Positions 26,584 through 38,894 of a stretch of DNA of 64,000 nucleotides are shown one piece after another. The position numbers and the translations under genes are program-made. The stretch spans positions 49,749,601 through 49,813,600 of the forward strand of contig NC_068999.1 of the NCBI RefSeq assembly GCF_001194135.2, given 5' to 3'. Every line of letters starts with the position of its first letter. The stretch's first letter is position 1. Below the pieces are notes generated by a model that was given only the letters and a program-made list of their open reading frames with translations, was not told the DNA's origin and made no database searches. This DNA is from Octopus bimaculoides. Lineage: Eukaryota.

Positions 26584-27053
26584 CCTTCTTCTTGCTTTCT
26601 TTCATCTTTTCCTTCTTTTTCCATCTTCCTTCCTTCCTCCGCCTCTTCCTCCACTATTTTCTTCTTCATCTTCCCTATATCCTCCCCACTCCCCCTCTCT
26701 CTCTCTCTTCTAGTTATCTATCCTTAGATGCAACAATCAAAGCCATACACATTCAACTACATAAGGAAAATTGATCTCAGTGAAATACCTCACAAACAAG
26801 AGACACATTTATTTACATTGCGTACAAACAAACACGGTTATCTACATGTATGTTTACAGTTAAGCAAGCTTCTTAATTACACTCGCGCACTTACACGGCT
26901 AAAGGTATATATACGCACACTCACAAACGCATGCAAGCTCACTCTCACGCACACACACACATACACACATGCACATGCGCATGTACACACAAACATGTAT
27001 ACATACATATGCATATGTATGATTGTGTGTGTATGTATGTATGTATTTATGTG

Positions 27054-27092
<39 letters not shown>

Positions 27093-27899
27093 NNNNNNNN
27101 NNNNNNNNNNNNNNNNNNNNNNNNNNNNNNNNNNNNNNNNNNNNNNNNNNNNNNNNNNNNNNNNNNNNNNNNNNNNNNNNNNNNNNNNNNNNNNNNNNNN
27201 NNNNNNNNNNNNNNNNNNNNNNNNNNNNNNNNNNNNNNNNNNNNNNNNNNNNNNNNNNNNNNNNNNNNNNNNNNNNNNNNNNNNNNNNNNNNNNNNNNNN
27301 NNNNNNNNNNNNNNNNNNNNNNNNNNNNNNNNNNNNNNNNNNNNNNNNNNNNNNNNNNNNNNNNNNNNNNNNNNNNNNNNNNNNNNNNNNNNNNNNNNNN
27401 NNNNNNNNNNNNNNNNNNNNNNNNNNNNNNNNNNNNNNNNNNNNNNNNNNNNNNNNNNNNNNNNNNNNNNNNNNNNNNNNNNNNNNNNNNNNNNNNNNNN
27501 NNNNNNNNNNNNNNNNNNNNNNNNNNNNNNNNNNNNNNNNNNNNNNNNNNNNNNNNNNNNNNNNNNNNNNNNNNNNNNNNNNNNNNNNNNNNNNNNNNNN
27601 NNNNNNNNNNNNNNNNNNNNNNNNNNNNNNNNNNNNNNNNNNNNNNNNNNNNNNNNNNNNNNNNNNNNNNNNNNNNNNNNNNNNNNNNNNNNNNNNNNNN
27701 NNNNNNNNNNNNNNNNNNNNNNNNNNNNNNNNNNNNNNNNNNNNNNNNNNNNNNNATATATACATATACATATATATATATATATACATATAGATAGATA
27801 GATAGTTATAAATGTATGATTGTGTAAATATGTTTTTCTGTATCTGTCTATCTCTGTATATGTACGTACATATTTATATAGATACACGTACAGACATAT

Positions 27900-27948
<49 letters not shown>

Positions 27949-28461
27949 GTTAGTACCATTACGAAAACATCGCAATACACATCTTGTATTCATTTACGTA
28001 CGCAAGTACGCATTAAGTCGACCACAATCCAAGTACACGCCCACTTCTTTCCTCCACATACATGCATGACTTTAAAGCGTACATCCCTTCATACTCGCTT
28101 ACACCAAAAACTAACTTTGCAACAGCACTCTTATATAAAGGAATCTAATCATGCTTAGTAACAGAATTTATAATAATAAAAATAACACTCAGTCTTATAC
28201 ACATTTACTACTTTGTCTCACTCAATATGAACACCCAGTCACATACATTTATATGAGAATGTTTGATTTTGATTGTGTTCTAGAGAACTCACTATTCGTG
28301 GTAATGGCGATATGACGTCTATATTTAGCATATTAGGAGTCCACTTTGGTGGTCATTCCTCTTAATTTTGTGTGTAATATAATTTTTAATCTTCGGGTTT
28401 TTTAAATATGCTAAGCCACTGGTTTTAATTGATTAATATCAATTTCTACCCTCATTATTTA

Positions 28462-28519
<58 letters not shown>

Positions 28520-28537
28520 TTGTGTGTGTGTGTGTGT

Positions 28538-28581
<44 letters not shown>

Positions 28582-28589
28582 TTGTGTGT

Positions 28590-28772
28590 CTCTGTTTATC
28601 GCTCCAACATCGCTTGACAACCGATGCTGGTGTGTTTACGTCCCCGTAATCTAGCAGTTCGGCAAAAGAGACCGATAGAATAAGTACTAGGCTTACGAAG
28701 AATAAGTCCTGGGGTCGATTTGCTCGAATAAAGGCGGTGCCCCAAACGACTGAAACAAGTAAAAGAGTAAAA
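28590..28772 (+). mobile_element. SINE module C
   Basis: atcgcttgacaaccgatgctggtgtgtttacgtccccgtaa...gactgaaacaagtaaaagagtaaaagag. Confidence 0.85.
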
Positions 28773-29035
28773 GAGTATATAAATGTGTGTGTGCGTGCGT
28801 GTACGGCCATATGGTTAATACAATTTATAGCGATGGGCAAATGTATTGAAACAAAACTTGGAGACGCTTATGCCTTGTTAATAAAATTAGGTATACGGAA
28901 ACTGTGGGAAAGCTCTTCAGATCAGATAGATGGTAAAAGATTCTTAGCTGAAATTTTGCCAAACACTGTGTCACAATGACTCTGTCTGATAATAATTTTA
29001 AAAGGTGTTAACTACGGTCTACTCAGCTAAATTAC

Positions 29036-29152
29036 TCTATAATCCAATGACTCGGCAGTTCCGTTGACCAGACAACTGGAATACTCATTCGTGATAACTG
29101 AGGCGATCACCAATAAAAAAAAAAAAAATAGACAAAGAGAGGAAATCCGCAT
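29036..29152 (-). CDS. Candidate first coding exon of gene B with signal peptide (MRISSLCLFFFFLLVIASVITNEYSSCLVNGTAESLDYR)
   Basis: ATG at 29152, basic-hydrophobic-small N-terminus, GTAATT donor in phase 0, upstream acceptor ttttgtttgccag (exon start 29244); part of the hydrophobic core comes from a homopolymer run. Confidence 0.45.
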
Positions 29153-29446
29153 TTCCTTCAAATACAAACAAAAACTGTCTTGAATGGAATTGGTACGGCT
29201 GACGGTGCAGCCATGATAGTGATGTCTAAACACTGTCGCTTCTACTGGCAAACAAAATATTATTCCGTCCGGTAAACATCTTGCCAAACATGTTGGCAAC
29301 ATTGTTAGACAAACATTGACAGATTTTTTTTTTTTTTAATTAAACAAGCTGTTAACACTAGAAATAGGAAGGGACAGAGCGGAGAGAGAGAAGGGTGAAC
29401 ACAAATGAGGGATATATAAATCGTATGTGTGTGTACGTGTGTATGA

Positions 29447-29484
<38 letters not shown>

Positions 29485-29527
29485 AATATATATACTTTAT
29501 TTGTATATACACACGCACACACACACA

Positions 29528-29559
<32 letters not shown>

Positions 29560-29722
29560 CAGACACAGAGAGAGAGAGAGAGCAAGAGAGAGAGAGCAAG
29601 AGNNNNNNNNNNTATGTACAGACACAGAGAGAGAGAGAGAGCAAGAGAGAGAGAGCAAGAGAGAGAGAGCAAGAGAGAGAAAAATGAACAGATAAACCGA
29701 AATGGAAAAAAGATAATTGAAA

Positions 29723-29724
<2 letters not shown>

Positions 29725-29790
<66 letters not shown>
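29725..29790. repeat. (AAT)n microsatellite
   Basis: Directly visible. Confidence 0.95.
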
Positions 29791-29797
<7 letters not shown>

Positions 29798-29984
29798 CAA
29801 AGTGGTGCATTATGGTGATAGAGTCAATTAAGTAGACCAGAGACGAGAGAATTCGATTGGTATTAATTTAATTAACCTCAGGAGAAAGAAAAGCGAAGAC
29901 CAATCCGGTGGGATTTGATTTCAGAATATAAAAGCACGCCGTACATGACAAAAATGACGACAGCAGCAGCAGCAGCAGCAGCAC

Positions 29985-29985
29985 C

Positions 29986-30020
<35 letters not shown>

Positions 30021-30029
30021 AAGCACAAT

Positions 30030-30085
<56 letters not shown>
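29985..30085. repeat. (AGT)n microsatellite
   Basis: Directly visible. Confidence 0.95.
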
Positions 30086-30812
30086 AGTACTAGTAATTTC
30101 TAACTTACGTTCATGGCCACGTACTCTGCTGGGGTAAATAACTTGGCCGGTCGATGAAACGAAGAAACACTCAAGTAAATGACTGTCATTTAATTTTATC
30201 GACCCCGAGCAAAGTAACAAATGACTTCGACATCAGAAGGATTCGAAGACAGAACGTAAAATACAAAATAGTTTAGTATTTCTGCCGATCGCAACTTATC
30301 GATGACCATTGATCTACACTTTCTTAGAATTAATCTATGATTAAATACACTTGGCAATTATTTCACAAGCTGAACGATGTAGAGTTTGGGATAACATTGT
30401 GTTTGTGTGAAGCTCTATTTCAAATTGGTCCGAAACTCTTAAGGAAATTTTTATAATGTTGCAACAGATCTATGGAAGAATTCTAAAAGAGTATTTCTCA
30501 TGATGACGGAGCACATTTTATAGCAAATGCACAAGATCTAGTAATTGAAATGTTTGCTCCAGTCATAGTTACTCGCATTGAAAAAGTACTCCATAAGTCA
30601 TATCAGTTTATATGATATATCAGTCAATAAACATATTTATAAACATTGTCAATATCACATACAGTATGTGTGTTGTGTATGTATGTGTATTGTGAAACGC
30701 TTCAAAGCTGTGGTATTTCATCTTAAAGAAGCCACTTTACAGAAATGTAATGTTAAAAACACAGCATAATTCAAAGCTAAGCGAAACGAAATCACCACAG
30801 AAGTAGACATGA

Positions 30813-30859
30813 GTGACATATATCGATATTTCGAGACTATTTCCGCTCATCAGTGTCGC
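30813..30859 (-). ncRNA. Minimal type I hammerhead ribozyme with palindromic stem III
   Basis: Minus strand: gcgaca CTGATGA gcggaaatagtctc GAA atatcgatat a tgtcac. Full core, stem I gaca/tgtc, perfect 10-nt palindrome as stem III, AUA cleavage triplet. Confidence 0.75.
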
Positions 30860-31264
30860 ATACTTCTCCACATCCGAAACGAATCGCAACAGCCATCCCG
30901 AAGTGTGTATACGAATAGCATAAAATCTATTTGCTGATGTGCGAAAGCTTCCTACGAGTAAAATAAAATTCGAATTTTAAGTTGGAAGCAGCTCAGTAGC
31001 GTAAACATTAACAATATCAGATACTTAATGTGTATGTGTGTTGTTAAAGACTAAAATGTTGTGGCATTTCATCTAAGAGAAACCCTTTCAAAGACGTACA
31101 GCTGTTGTGAGGGTTTAGTCAGCGCCATCTTAAGACATGGACACACTGGACTGCTACTCAGGGACCTCAATTCTGATCTATCTATGTTGTGGTTTACTGT
31201 TCATGAATAAATACTACAGGGTTCAGATCATTGGTTTTGCCCCGGGGGATTATAATGTTGCTAA

Positions 31265-31625
31265 TATTTATTTCAGTAGATGGTAGTCTACAATGTTGTG
31301 AGCAGAATGGTGCTGTCTGCTGGTGTTTGGTAGAGTAGGCGGTGATGCAGGTAGATGCGGTATTCTACTAGGATTTCGTGAAGTAGATGGTGACTTAATG
31401 TCGTGTGATCATGATATGGTGTGTTTGTGCTTGGTCGAGTGGACCGTGGAGTAAGTAGCGTTGTGTGGAGTGCTGGAATTTGGTACATTCGATGGTGGTA
31501 TGGCGTACTGATGCACGTTGTGACGTGGTGTGATGTACTAGGATTTATTTGGTGGAGTAAAAGGTGGTGTGGTGAGGTGTTGTGCGGTGGCATTTGGTTA
31601 AGTGGATGGCGGTGTGGCGCATGGT
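31265..31625. repeat. Degenerate G/T-rich low-complexity tract
   Basis: Recurrent tggtg/gtgg and tactaggattt motifs with strong strand skew. Confidence 0.6.
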
Positions 31626-31635
31626 CGAGGCTTAC

Positions 31636-31740
31636 TCGAGTCGGTATTAGCGGCGAGAACCAGAATATGATATATCGCTTTACACTGTTTGACTCCGCTG
31701 CGCAATTGATCAAAGCAGTTATTGTCTGAAAACGACATCA
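31636..31740 (-). promoter_or_regulatory. Putative CpG-rich non-coding first exon / promoter of gene B
   Basis: CpG-rich, non-SINE segment ending in ctcga|GTAAGC, just downstream (minus strand) of the (GA)n tract at 31830-31920. Confidence 0.35.
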
Positions 31741-31833
31741 ACGAAGAGGAGCAGGAGGAAGAAGGGAAAGCAAGAAAGAAAGAAAGAAAGAAAGAAAGGG
31801 CAGATGAAGATGAGAAACTGGGTGAACGAGAGC

Positions 31834-31923
<90 letters not shown>

Positions 31924-32079
31924 AAGATAAAGAAAGATAATGAAAGAAAGTTAAACACTCAGAATGGTTATAGTTGTGTGCGTGTATGTATGTGTATGTG
32001 TGTGCGCGCGTATGAGTGTGTATGTATGTATACACACGCATATAAATATATATGATTATATATAAATGTATAGACACAA

Positions 32080-32121
<42 letters not shown>

Positions 32122-32944
32122 TTATATATAGCTAGGCGCAATGTATTACCATAAAGGGANNNNNNNNNNNNNNNNNNNNNNNNNNNNNNNNNNNNNNNNN
32201 NNNNNNNNNNNNNNNNNNNNNNNNNNNNNNNNNNNNNNNNNNNNNNNNNNNNNNNNNNNNNNNNNNNNNNNNNNNNNNNNNNNNNNNNNNNNNNNNNNNN
32301 NNNNNNNNNNNNNNNNNNNNNNNNNNNNNNNNNNNNNNNNNNNNNNNNNNNNNNNNNNNNNNNNNNNNNNNNNNNNNNNNNNNNNNNNNNNNNNNNNNNN
32401 NNNNNNNNNNNNNNNNNNNNNNNNNNNNNNNNNNNNNNNNNNNNNNNNNNNNNNNNNNNNNNNNNNNNNNNNNNNNNNNNNNNNNNNNNNNNNNNNNNNN
32501 NNNNNNNNNNNNNNNNNNNNNAGAATCAACAGAGGAATGTTTTACGGATGAAGTGAAGCAGAGCCAAACAATATCTATTTTAGTCTGGAGACAATAGACC
32601 ATGTTGCATGTAGAGAGAGAGAGAAACACAGAGAGAGCGAGAGAGAGAAAGAGAGAGAGAGTGGGGCGATCTATTGAACAAAGAGATTACGGAAAGACGT
32701 TTTGAGATTGAGAGAAAGAGTAAAAAAGATTGATGGAATGAGAGGGGTCGAAAGAAAAAGAGAAAAGCAGAGAGGGAAAGAGACTTGTTGGCGAGGACAG
32801 CTCTTCAAACAGAAAGGTAAAAATATTGCTTCGATGTACATATACACTTATACACTTATGTCCACAGACACTTAAACATACACATATACAGGCATATAGA
32901 TGTATATACATATACGCGCGTATGCATACATACATACATACAGA

Positions 32945-33084
32945 GCGGGTGTGTGGTAAGAAGATTGCTTCCCAACCACATAGTTCCAGGTTCAGTCCCA
33001 CAGCGTGCCACCTTCTACTGTAGCCTCGCGTTGACTAAAGCCTTATGAGTGGTTTTGGTAGACGGAAACTGAAAGAAGCCCGTC

Positions 33085-33087
<3 letters not shown>
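32945..33087 (+). mobile_element. SINE family A
   Basis: gtgtgtggtaagaagattgcttcccaaccacatagttccaggttcagtccca...ggtagacggaaactgaaagaagcccgtc. Confidence 0.9.
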
Positions 33088-33135
<48 letters not shown>

Positions 33136-33173
33136 TGTACGCGCGTGTGTGTATGTATATATTTATATATATA

Positions 33174-33217
<44 letters not shown>

Positions 33218-34379
33218 TATATACATATATATATGTGTGTGTATATATCTATACACACACATACATACACACACACATATAAACATACATACAGACATAC
33301 ATATATAAACATACACGTGCACGGAACAGTAGATTGGTATTCAAAATACATAGGATTGTTTTGACAGTGTTCTGGTGAACATTTTCTGTGTTGATGTTTC
33401 CATTTACGGCAATACTAAATCTCTAAAGTTCTTTTGTTTCTCTCTCTATCTCTCTATCTCTCTTTCTTATACTTTATTATGTTGCTTTGTGTGCGACGGG
33501 GGATGCACTCAAAAGAACATTCCAACTTCCATGGCATAAAATCGTTTAGAGATGTCTTGCCAACACCGTAGAAACGCCGGTTAATCGTATGTTGACCCTA
33601 CTTATAGATTCTACCTGTTCCACCAGCTGTTATAACTCTCTCACACTGTCTACCTCTGAGGCTAAGTGCTTTTGACCTAATGCAGTTTATTTCGGCGATG
33701 CGATAAGTAACTTAAACGATTCGGTCTTCACTGGCACAACAACAATTTACTATCTATTTTTCGTGATTCTAAAACAAAATTGTCTTTTCGAAAAAAGAAA
33801 AAAAAAATGATAAAATATAAGTAACATGTTATTGCTTTCTTCTTCATTCGAAACAATACACTTTTTCACTCACTACTATTTCTAGTAAAGATATCTGATA
33901 CCTGGAGACGATTCCTGACAAGCTTGCAAAACCAATTTAATCCAGTGAAGCTGTCATTCTATATATCATGCTAGAATAACTCAAAGGCGTTCTCTGAACC
34001 AATTTAGCACATTTTGGTTAAACGTTATGTTCTAATTAGCCCTCAGCAGGTGACGAGAAAGCAGTAGATTTTTATGACTTTAGGACTAATAGATGCATCT
34101 GAGATAAGAATGAGAAAGAAAAAAAAAATACTTGGTGTTCTAATTCTTGACTCCTTAGAGCACTGCAGGTCAAATTATGTAGCAGTTATATTTTTGGTTT
34201 AAATGCTTGAAACACTTTTCATTAACCTCTATTTCTACATTTGTGTTTTATTGTATTTCTTGGTACATAAGACACATTTTCCCCCAAAAAAATTCTCAAG
34301 AAATCACCGCAGGTTCTATATGCGAAGTTGGGCCGTATTACATGCTTTAATGCACTAAAAAAATTTCCCTCTCTCTCTC

Positions 34380-34416
<37 letters not shown>

Positions 34417-35098
34417 CTCTCCCTCCATCTCTCTCTTTCTTTCTCACTTTCTCTTTCTTTTTCTCTCTGAATATGTGCTGCTTAAACTGTGGTGCGTCTA
34501 ATATGTCTGTGCAACTTTTATGCCATTAAATGGGAGAAAGGGAGANNNNNNNNNNNNNNNNNNNNNNNNNNNNNNNNNNNNNNNNNNNNNNNNNNNNNNN
34601 NNNNNNNNNNNNNNNNNNNNNNNNNNNNNNNNNNNNNNNNNNNNNNNNNNNNNNNNNNNNNNNNNNNNNNNNNNNNNNNNNNNNNNNNNNNNNNNNNNNN
34701 NNNNNNNNNNNNNNNNNNNNNNNNNNNNNNNNNNNNNNNNNNNNNNNNNNNNNNNNNNNNNNNNNNNNNNNNNNNNNNNNNNNNNNNNNNNNNNNNNNNN
34801 NNNNNNNNNNNNNNNNNNNNNNNNNNNNNNNNNNNNNNNNNNNNNNNNNNNNNNNNNNNNNNNNNNNNNNNNNNNNNNNNNNNNNNNNNNNNNNNNNNNN
34901 NNNNNNNNNNNNNNNNNNNNNNNNNNNNNNNNNNNNNNNNNNNNNNNNNNNNNNNNNNNNNNNNNNNNNNNNNNNNNNNNNNNNNNNNNNNNNNNNNNNN
35001 NNNNNNNNNNNNNNNNNNNNNNNNNNNNNNNNNNNNNNNNNNNNNNNNNNATTATATATATGTGTATAATGTATTATATGTTATGTATATATATGCAT

Positions 35099-35153
<55 letters not shown>

Positions 35154-35391
35154 ATATATATATATACATATCTACAAAGAGAGTGAAAAATATATAGACA
35201 CATGCATACATACATACATACATACAGACAGACATACATACAGACATACATACATTCATGCATACATACATATATACATACATGCATACATGCATGCACA
35301 AACACATGTGCATACACACACACATTTTACACATATGGTCAGAAGCAATGCTGAACAGTTTTGATGTCACTTCTTGATCTTCATAACTGGC

Positions 35392-35500
35392 ATTCCGTCG
35401 GGTTCCAGTTGATCCGATCAACGGGACAGCCTGGTCGTGAAACTGCGTTCAAGAGACTGAGCACTCCACAGACACCCGTACTTTTAACGTAGATCTCATT
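35392..35500 (-). mobile_element. SINE tail E
   Basis: gagcactccacagacacccgtacttttaacgtag matches 7915-7955. Confidence 0.75.
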
Positions 35501-36544
35501 TTTCCCAGCTGAGTCAAATTTAATTCCACGGTAGAGCAACTACACCACTGTAACCCAAACTGCTGTCACCTTGAGGTTTTAGAAATATGCTCAAAAATTA
35601 TTATATTCCAAGATACACTTACGTGGAATGAGACGAAGGGATCATGGCTGGAATACTTTCGAAGGTAAATTCTTCTCAATCGAGATTAAGCTGGCGATGG
35701 AAGATGAAGGCTAAACAACTATAACAATAACATGAAGTGTAGAGCTCCTTCACTGTGTTAGGTATTGATTGTGTCTAGATGTTGAATCGTAGTTAGCAAA
35801 CTATACAGACGAGCATATTCGTAAATTTTTACTAATGGATAAACACGTACTTTCATCAGTTGCTCATACATTTCTATATCTTGTTTTATGAGAAAGGTCA
35901 ATGTTTATAACCTCTGCAGGTCATTGCAAGCTGCTGAGTTCAATGTGGTCGATGTCCAGCGCGACCATCTGCTGGTCGATATCAAAAGGTCGTTGACAGA
36001 GAACGGACTGGCAGTGGGTGGTAATTATTCCACTGAAAATGTCTGCAAATTATTGAAATCTGTTCAAGACACTCAAAGAACATGTAAAAGTCTTCGATCT
36101 GGAATTAAAAAAAACAAAACAGAAACGGTATATTAATCTATGATACAGACATAAGGTCACGCGAGTTGGGAGGCGGTCTTATGTGTCTGTCTGTCTCTCT
36201 GTCTGTGTCTGTGTGTGTGTAGCCTATAAAAAGCTATTGACCGATATTTACTTTATCGACAACGAAAGGATGCAAGCAATGTTTCATCTCGGACGGATTT
36301 GAATATAAACATATTTTCTCTTATTTGTTTCAGTCAGTTGGGGTACCGTCTTGAACGGTTTTCTTCGAAAAAATTGACCCCAGAATGTTTTAAGTTTGGT
36401 AGGCGTGGCTGTGTGGTAAAATGCCTTCTAGTATAGCCGCCTTACTGTCTACAGATTATTGTGTATGTTGTTATAACTGTTGCTTGATTACATAGACTCT
36501 CATATTAGTTGCCTCCGAATTACAATTTAACCCCCTCATCCTTT

Positions 36545-36745
36545 ATCTGGCAGAAGCGTTAGCACGACGGGCGAAATGCTTAGTGGTATTTAGTCTGTCT
36601 TTATGTTCGAGTTCAAATTCCGTCGAGGTTAACTTTGCTTTTCATCCTTTCGGGTTCGATAAATTAAGTACCAGTTGCGTACTGGAGTCGATCTAATCGA
36701 CTAGCCCCCTCACCAAATTTCGGACATTGTGCCAAGAGTAGAAAA
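36545..36745 (+). mobile_element. SINE family B, near full length
   Basis: tggcagaagcgttagcacgacgggcgaaatgcttagtgg...taagtaccagttgcgtactggagtcgatc...gtgccaagagtagaaaag. Confidence 0.9.
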
Positions 36746-37676
36746 GAATTGTTTCTGCTCGCAATCTCTAGCCATGCTGCTCCACCGCACTCAACAATTA
36801 ACCTAGAAAAAGAAACGACATTACGCTACCCTGTCAAAGAAAAGTTATTTTCGTGGAAGAGTCATATTAACCTTTTGGTAACACATTTTCTTAATTACTT
36901 CTAGTTCAGAAGACTGTTTCAGATGGTGTCACTTTTAAAATAAGCACAACCCCAAAATCTATTATGTTTCTGGCACAAAATCAAATTCTTCAGAACGTTT
37001 TACATACGCTTTGACTGTTAGTTACTAAATTTGTCAATCATTGGTTATAATATATTTCTGCAATATTTCGCTGGCTATATTTGTATAGGGTTAAGAAATG
37101 AGAAATATAATTTCTTCCGATTGAAATTACTTCTCATCATGCTTGCAAATTTCGAAATAAAAAAATTAAAAAAACTTCATCTTACCGAAAGTTTCTCAAG
37201 AGATCTCTTGACACAGCAGCATGACAAGTAACAAGACAGAATCACATCGCATACCAATAACTAAAACCAATTCTTTCTTTCTTTTTCTTTCTTTCTTTTT
37301 CTTTCTAGTTATAACTGAGATTAAGGATCTCGTTTTAAGTAGCTACTCCCAATTCCTGACTTTTGAAAATAGTTCTCAAGAGATTGGTAAAGACGCAATG
37401 GAAGAAAAAAATGTCTCATTTCGCTTATTGTTTAAATTATATTTTGATTTTCTTGCTGACGTTACTACAACGAATGAAAGTGCTTTTTCTTAATTTGGAA
37501 GGAATTTTCACTTCTTCGTTAGGAATAAATTTTCAAACCTTTCAAAACTTCCTTCTACTCGTTATAAATCTGCTGAGGAATGAAACATGCGCAAACACAC
37601 GTATGTACAATTCGTTTTTGGAATAGTGAATCTCGAAGTTCACATGAAGGTATAAATAATAACATGTAGATATTGC

Positions 37677-38042
37677 AATGCTTAGCGGTATTTCGTCTGT
37701 CGCTACGTTCTGGGTTCAAATTCCTCCTTTCGGGGTCGATAAAATAAGTACCAGTTACGCACTGGGGTCGATGTAATCGACTTAATCCCTTTGTCAGTCC
37801 TTGTTTGTCCCCTCTATGTTTAGCCCCTTGTGAGCAATAAAGAAATAAGAAACGTTAGCACGCCAGGCGAAATGCTTAGCGGTATTTCGTCTGTCTTTTC
37901 GTTCTGAGTTCAAATTCCGCCGAGGTCGACTTTGTCTTTCATCCTTTCGATGTCAATAAATTAAGTACCAGTTGCGTACTGGGGCCGATCTAATCAATTG
38001 CCCCCCTCCACCAAAATTTCGGGCCTCGTGCCTAAAGTAGAA
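37677..38042 (+). mobile_element. Dimeric SINE family B (two copies with different tails)
   Basis: First copy has an internal deletion and tail gtccttgtttgtcccctctatgtttagcccc; second starts aaacgttagcacgcc at ~37851. Confidence 0.9.
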
Positions 38043-38065
38043 AAAAATATATATACAAATGCGTA

Positions 38066-38169
38066 TATTTACATTATTTACATTTGACAGATATTTGTCC
38101 TCATCTTGTTTGTTGTTAACAACAAACAAGATGAGGACAAATATCTGTCAAATGTAAATAATGTAAATA
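38066..38169. repeat. Perfect 104-bp palindrome (52-bp arms, no spacer)
   Basis: Checked base by base; centre between 38117 and 38118 (tgttgtt|aacaaca); first mismatch at 38065/38170. Confidence 0.95.
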
Positions 38170-38894
38170 ATTCCTCATCTCTTAAATATAGAAATGCGTA
38201 TATATATACCACAGGCTTCCAGACAATTTCCGTCTACCATATTCTCTCACAAGGCATCATTTGTTATGGGTCTATAGCAGAAGAGTCCTGCCCAACCTTC
38301 CACGTAGTGGAAATGAACTTGAAACACCCAACTGTATGCAAAGGGGACTTCTTAACAACACAACCATATTTGTTTAATTTATTTGGGCTGATAAATTACA
38401 AGCGCACAATTTTGGTGCATAAAAAAAAGAAATTCATATTAGATAGCTCGGGAGAATATCGCAATGAAATCTGAACGTAATTGATATGAATAAATGGGAG
38501 TTTAAGCATCAAAGCGGTTCTGTTTTGTGTTTCGCACTTATTAACTTAGCGTATCACCAAGATAAATACATATTGCGAATTGATTACGACATTTATCAAG
38601 TTGTCAGCTAGATTCTGTGCCAAGTAATTTAGGTGTGATAAATTATCAAAGTGCTGAGATTATTACACAAAAATAAAATCAAACAGAACAATAACAACAA
38701 CATGAAAACAAGGCGTAGTAGCCTAGTTTGGATCAAACACTGCGGCTATACGTTAAATGTATATTTGATAAGGGAGCTCATTAAAACCTACATTAGCGGA
38801 CTGTGTGCCTTCACTGAATTCATATATCTTTTTTGGCTATTCGCTTTCTTCGAGTAGCTGTTACTGTACATACATTGCACTATGCATAAATTAC

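Noticed and set aside
21581-28924. Plus-strand exon-like segments near 21581, 22771 and 28830
   Set aside because: No coherent phase chain or recognisable product; each has a competing minus-strand reading
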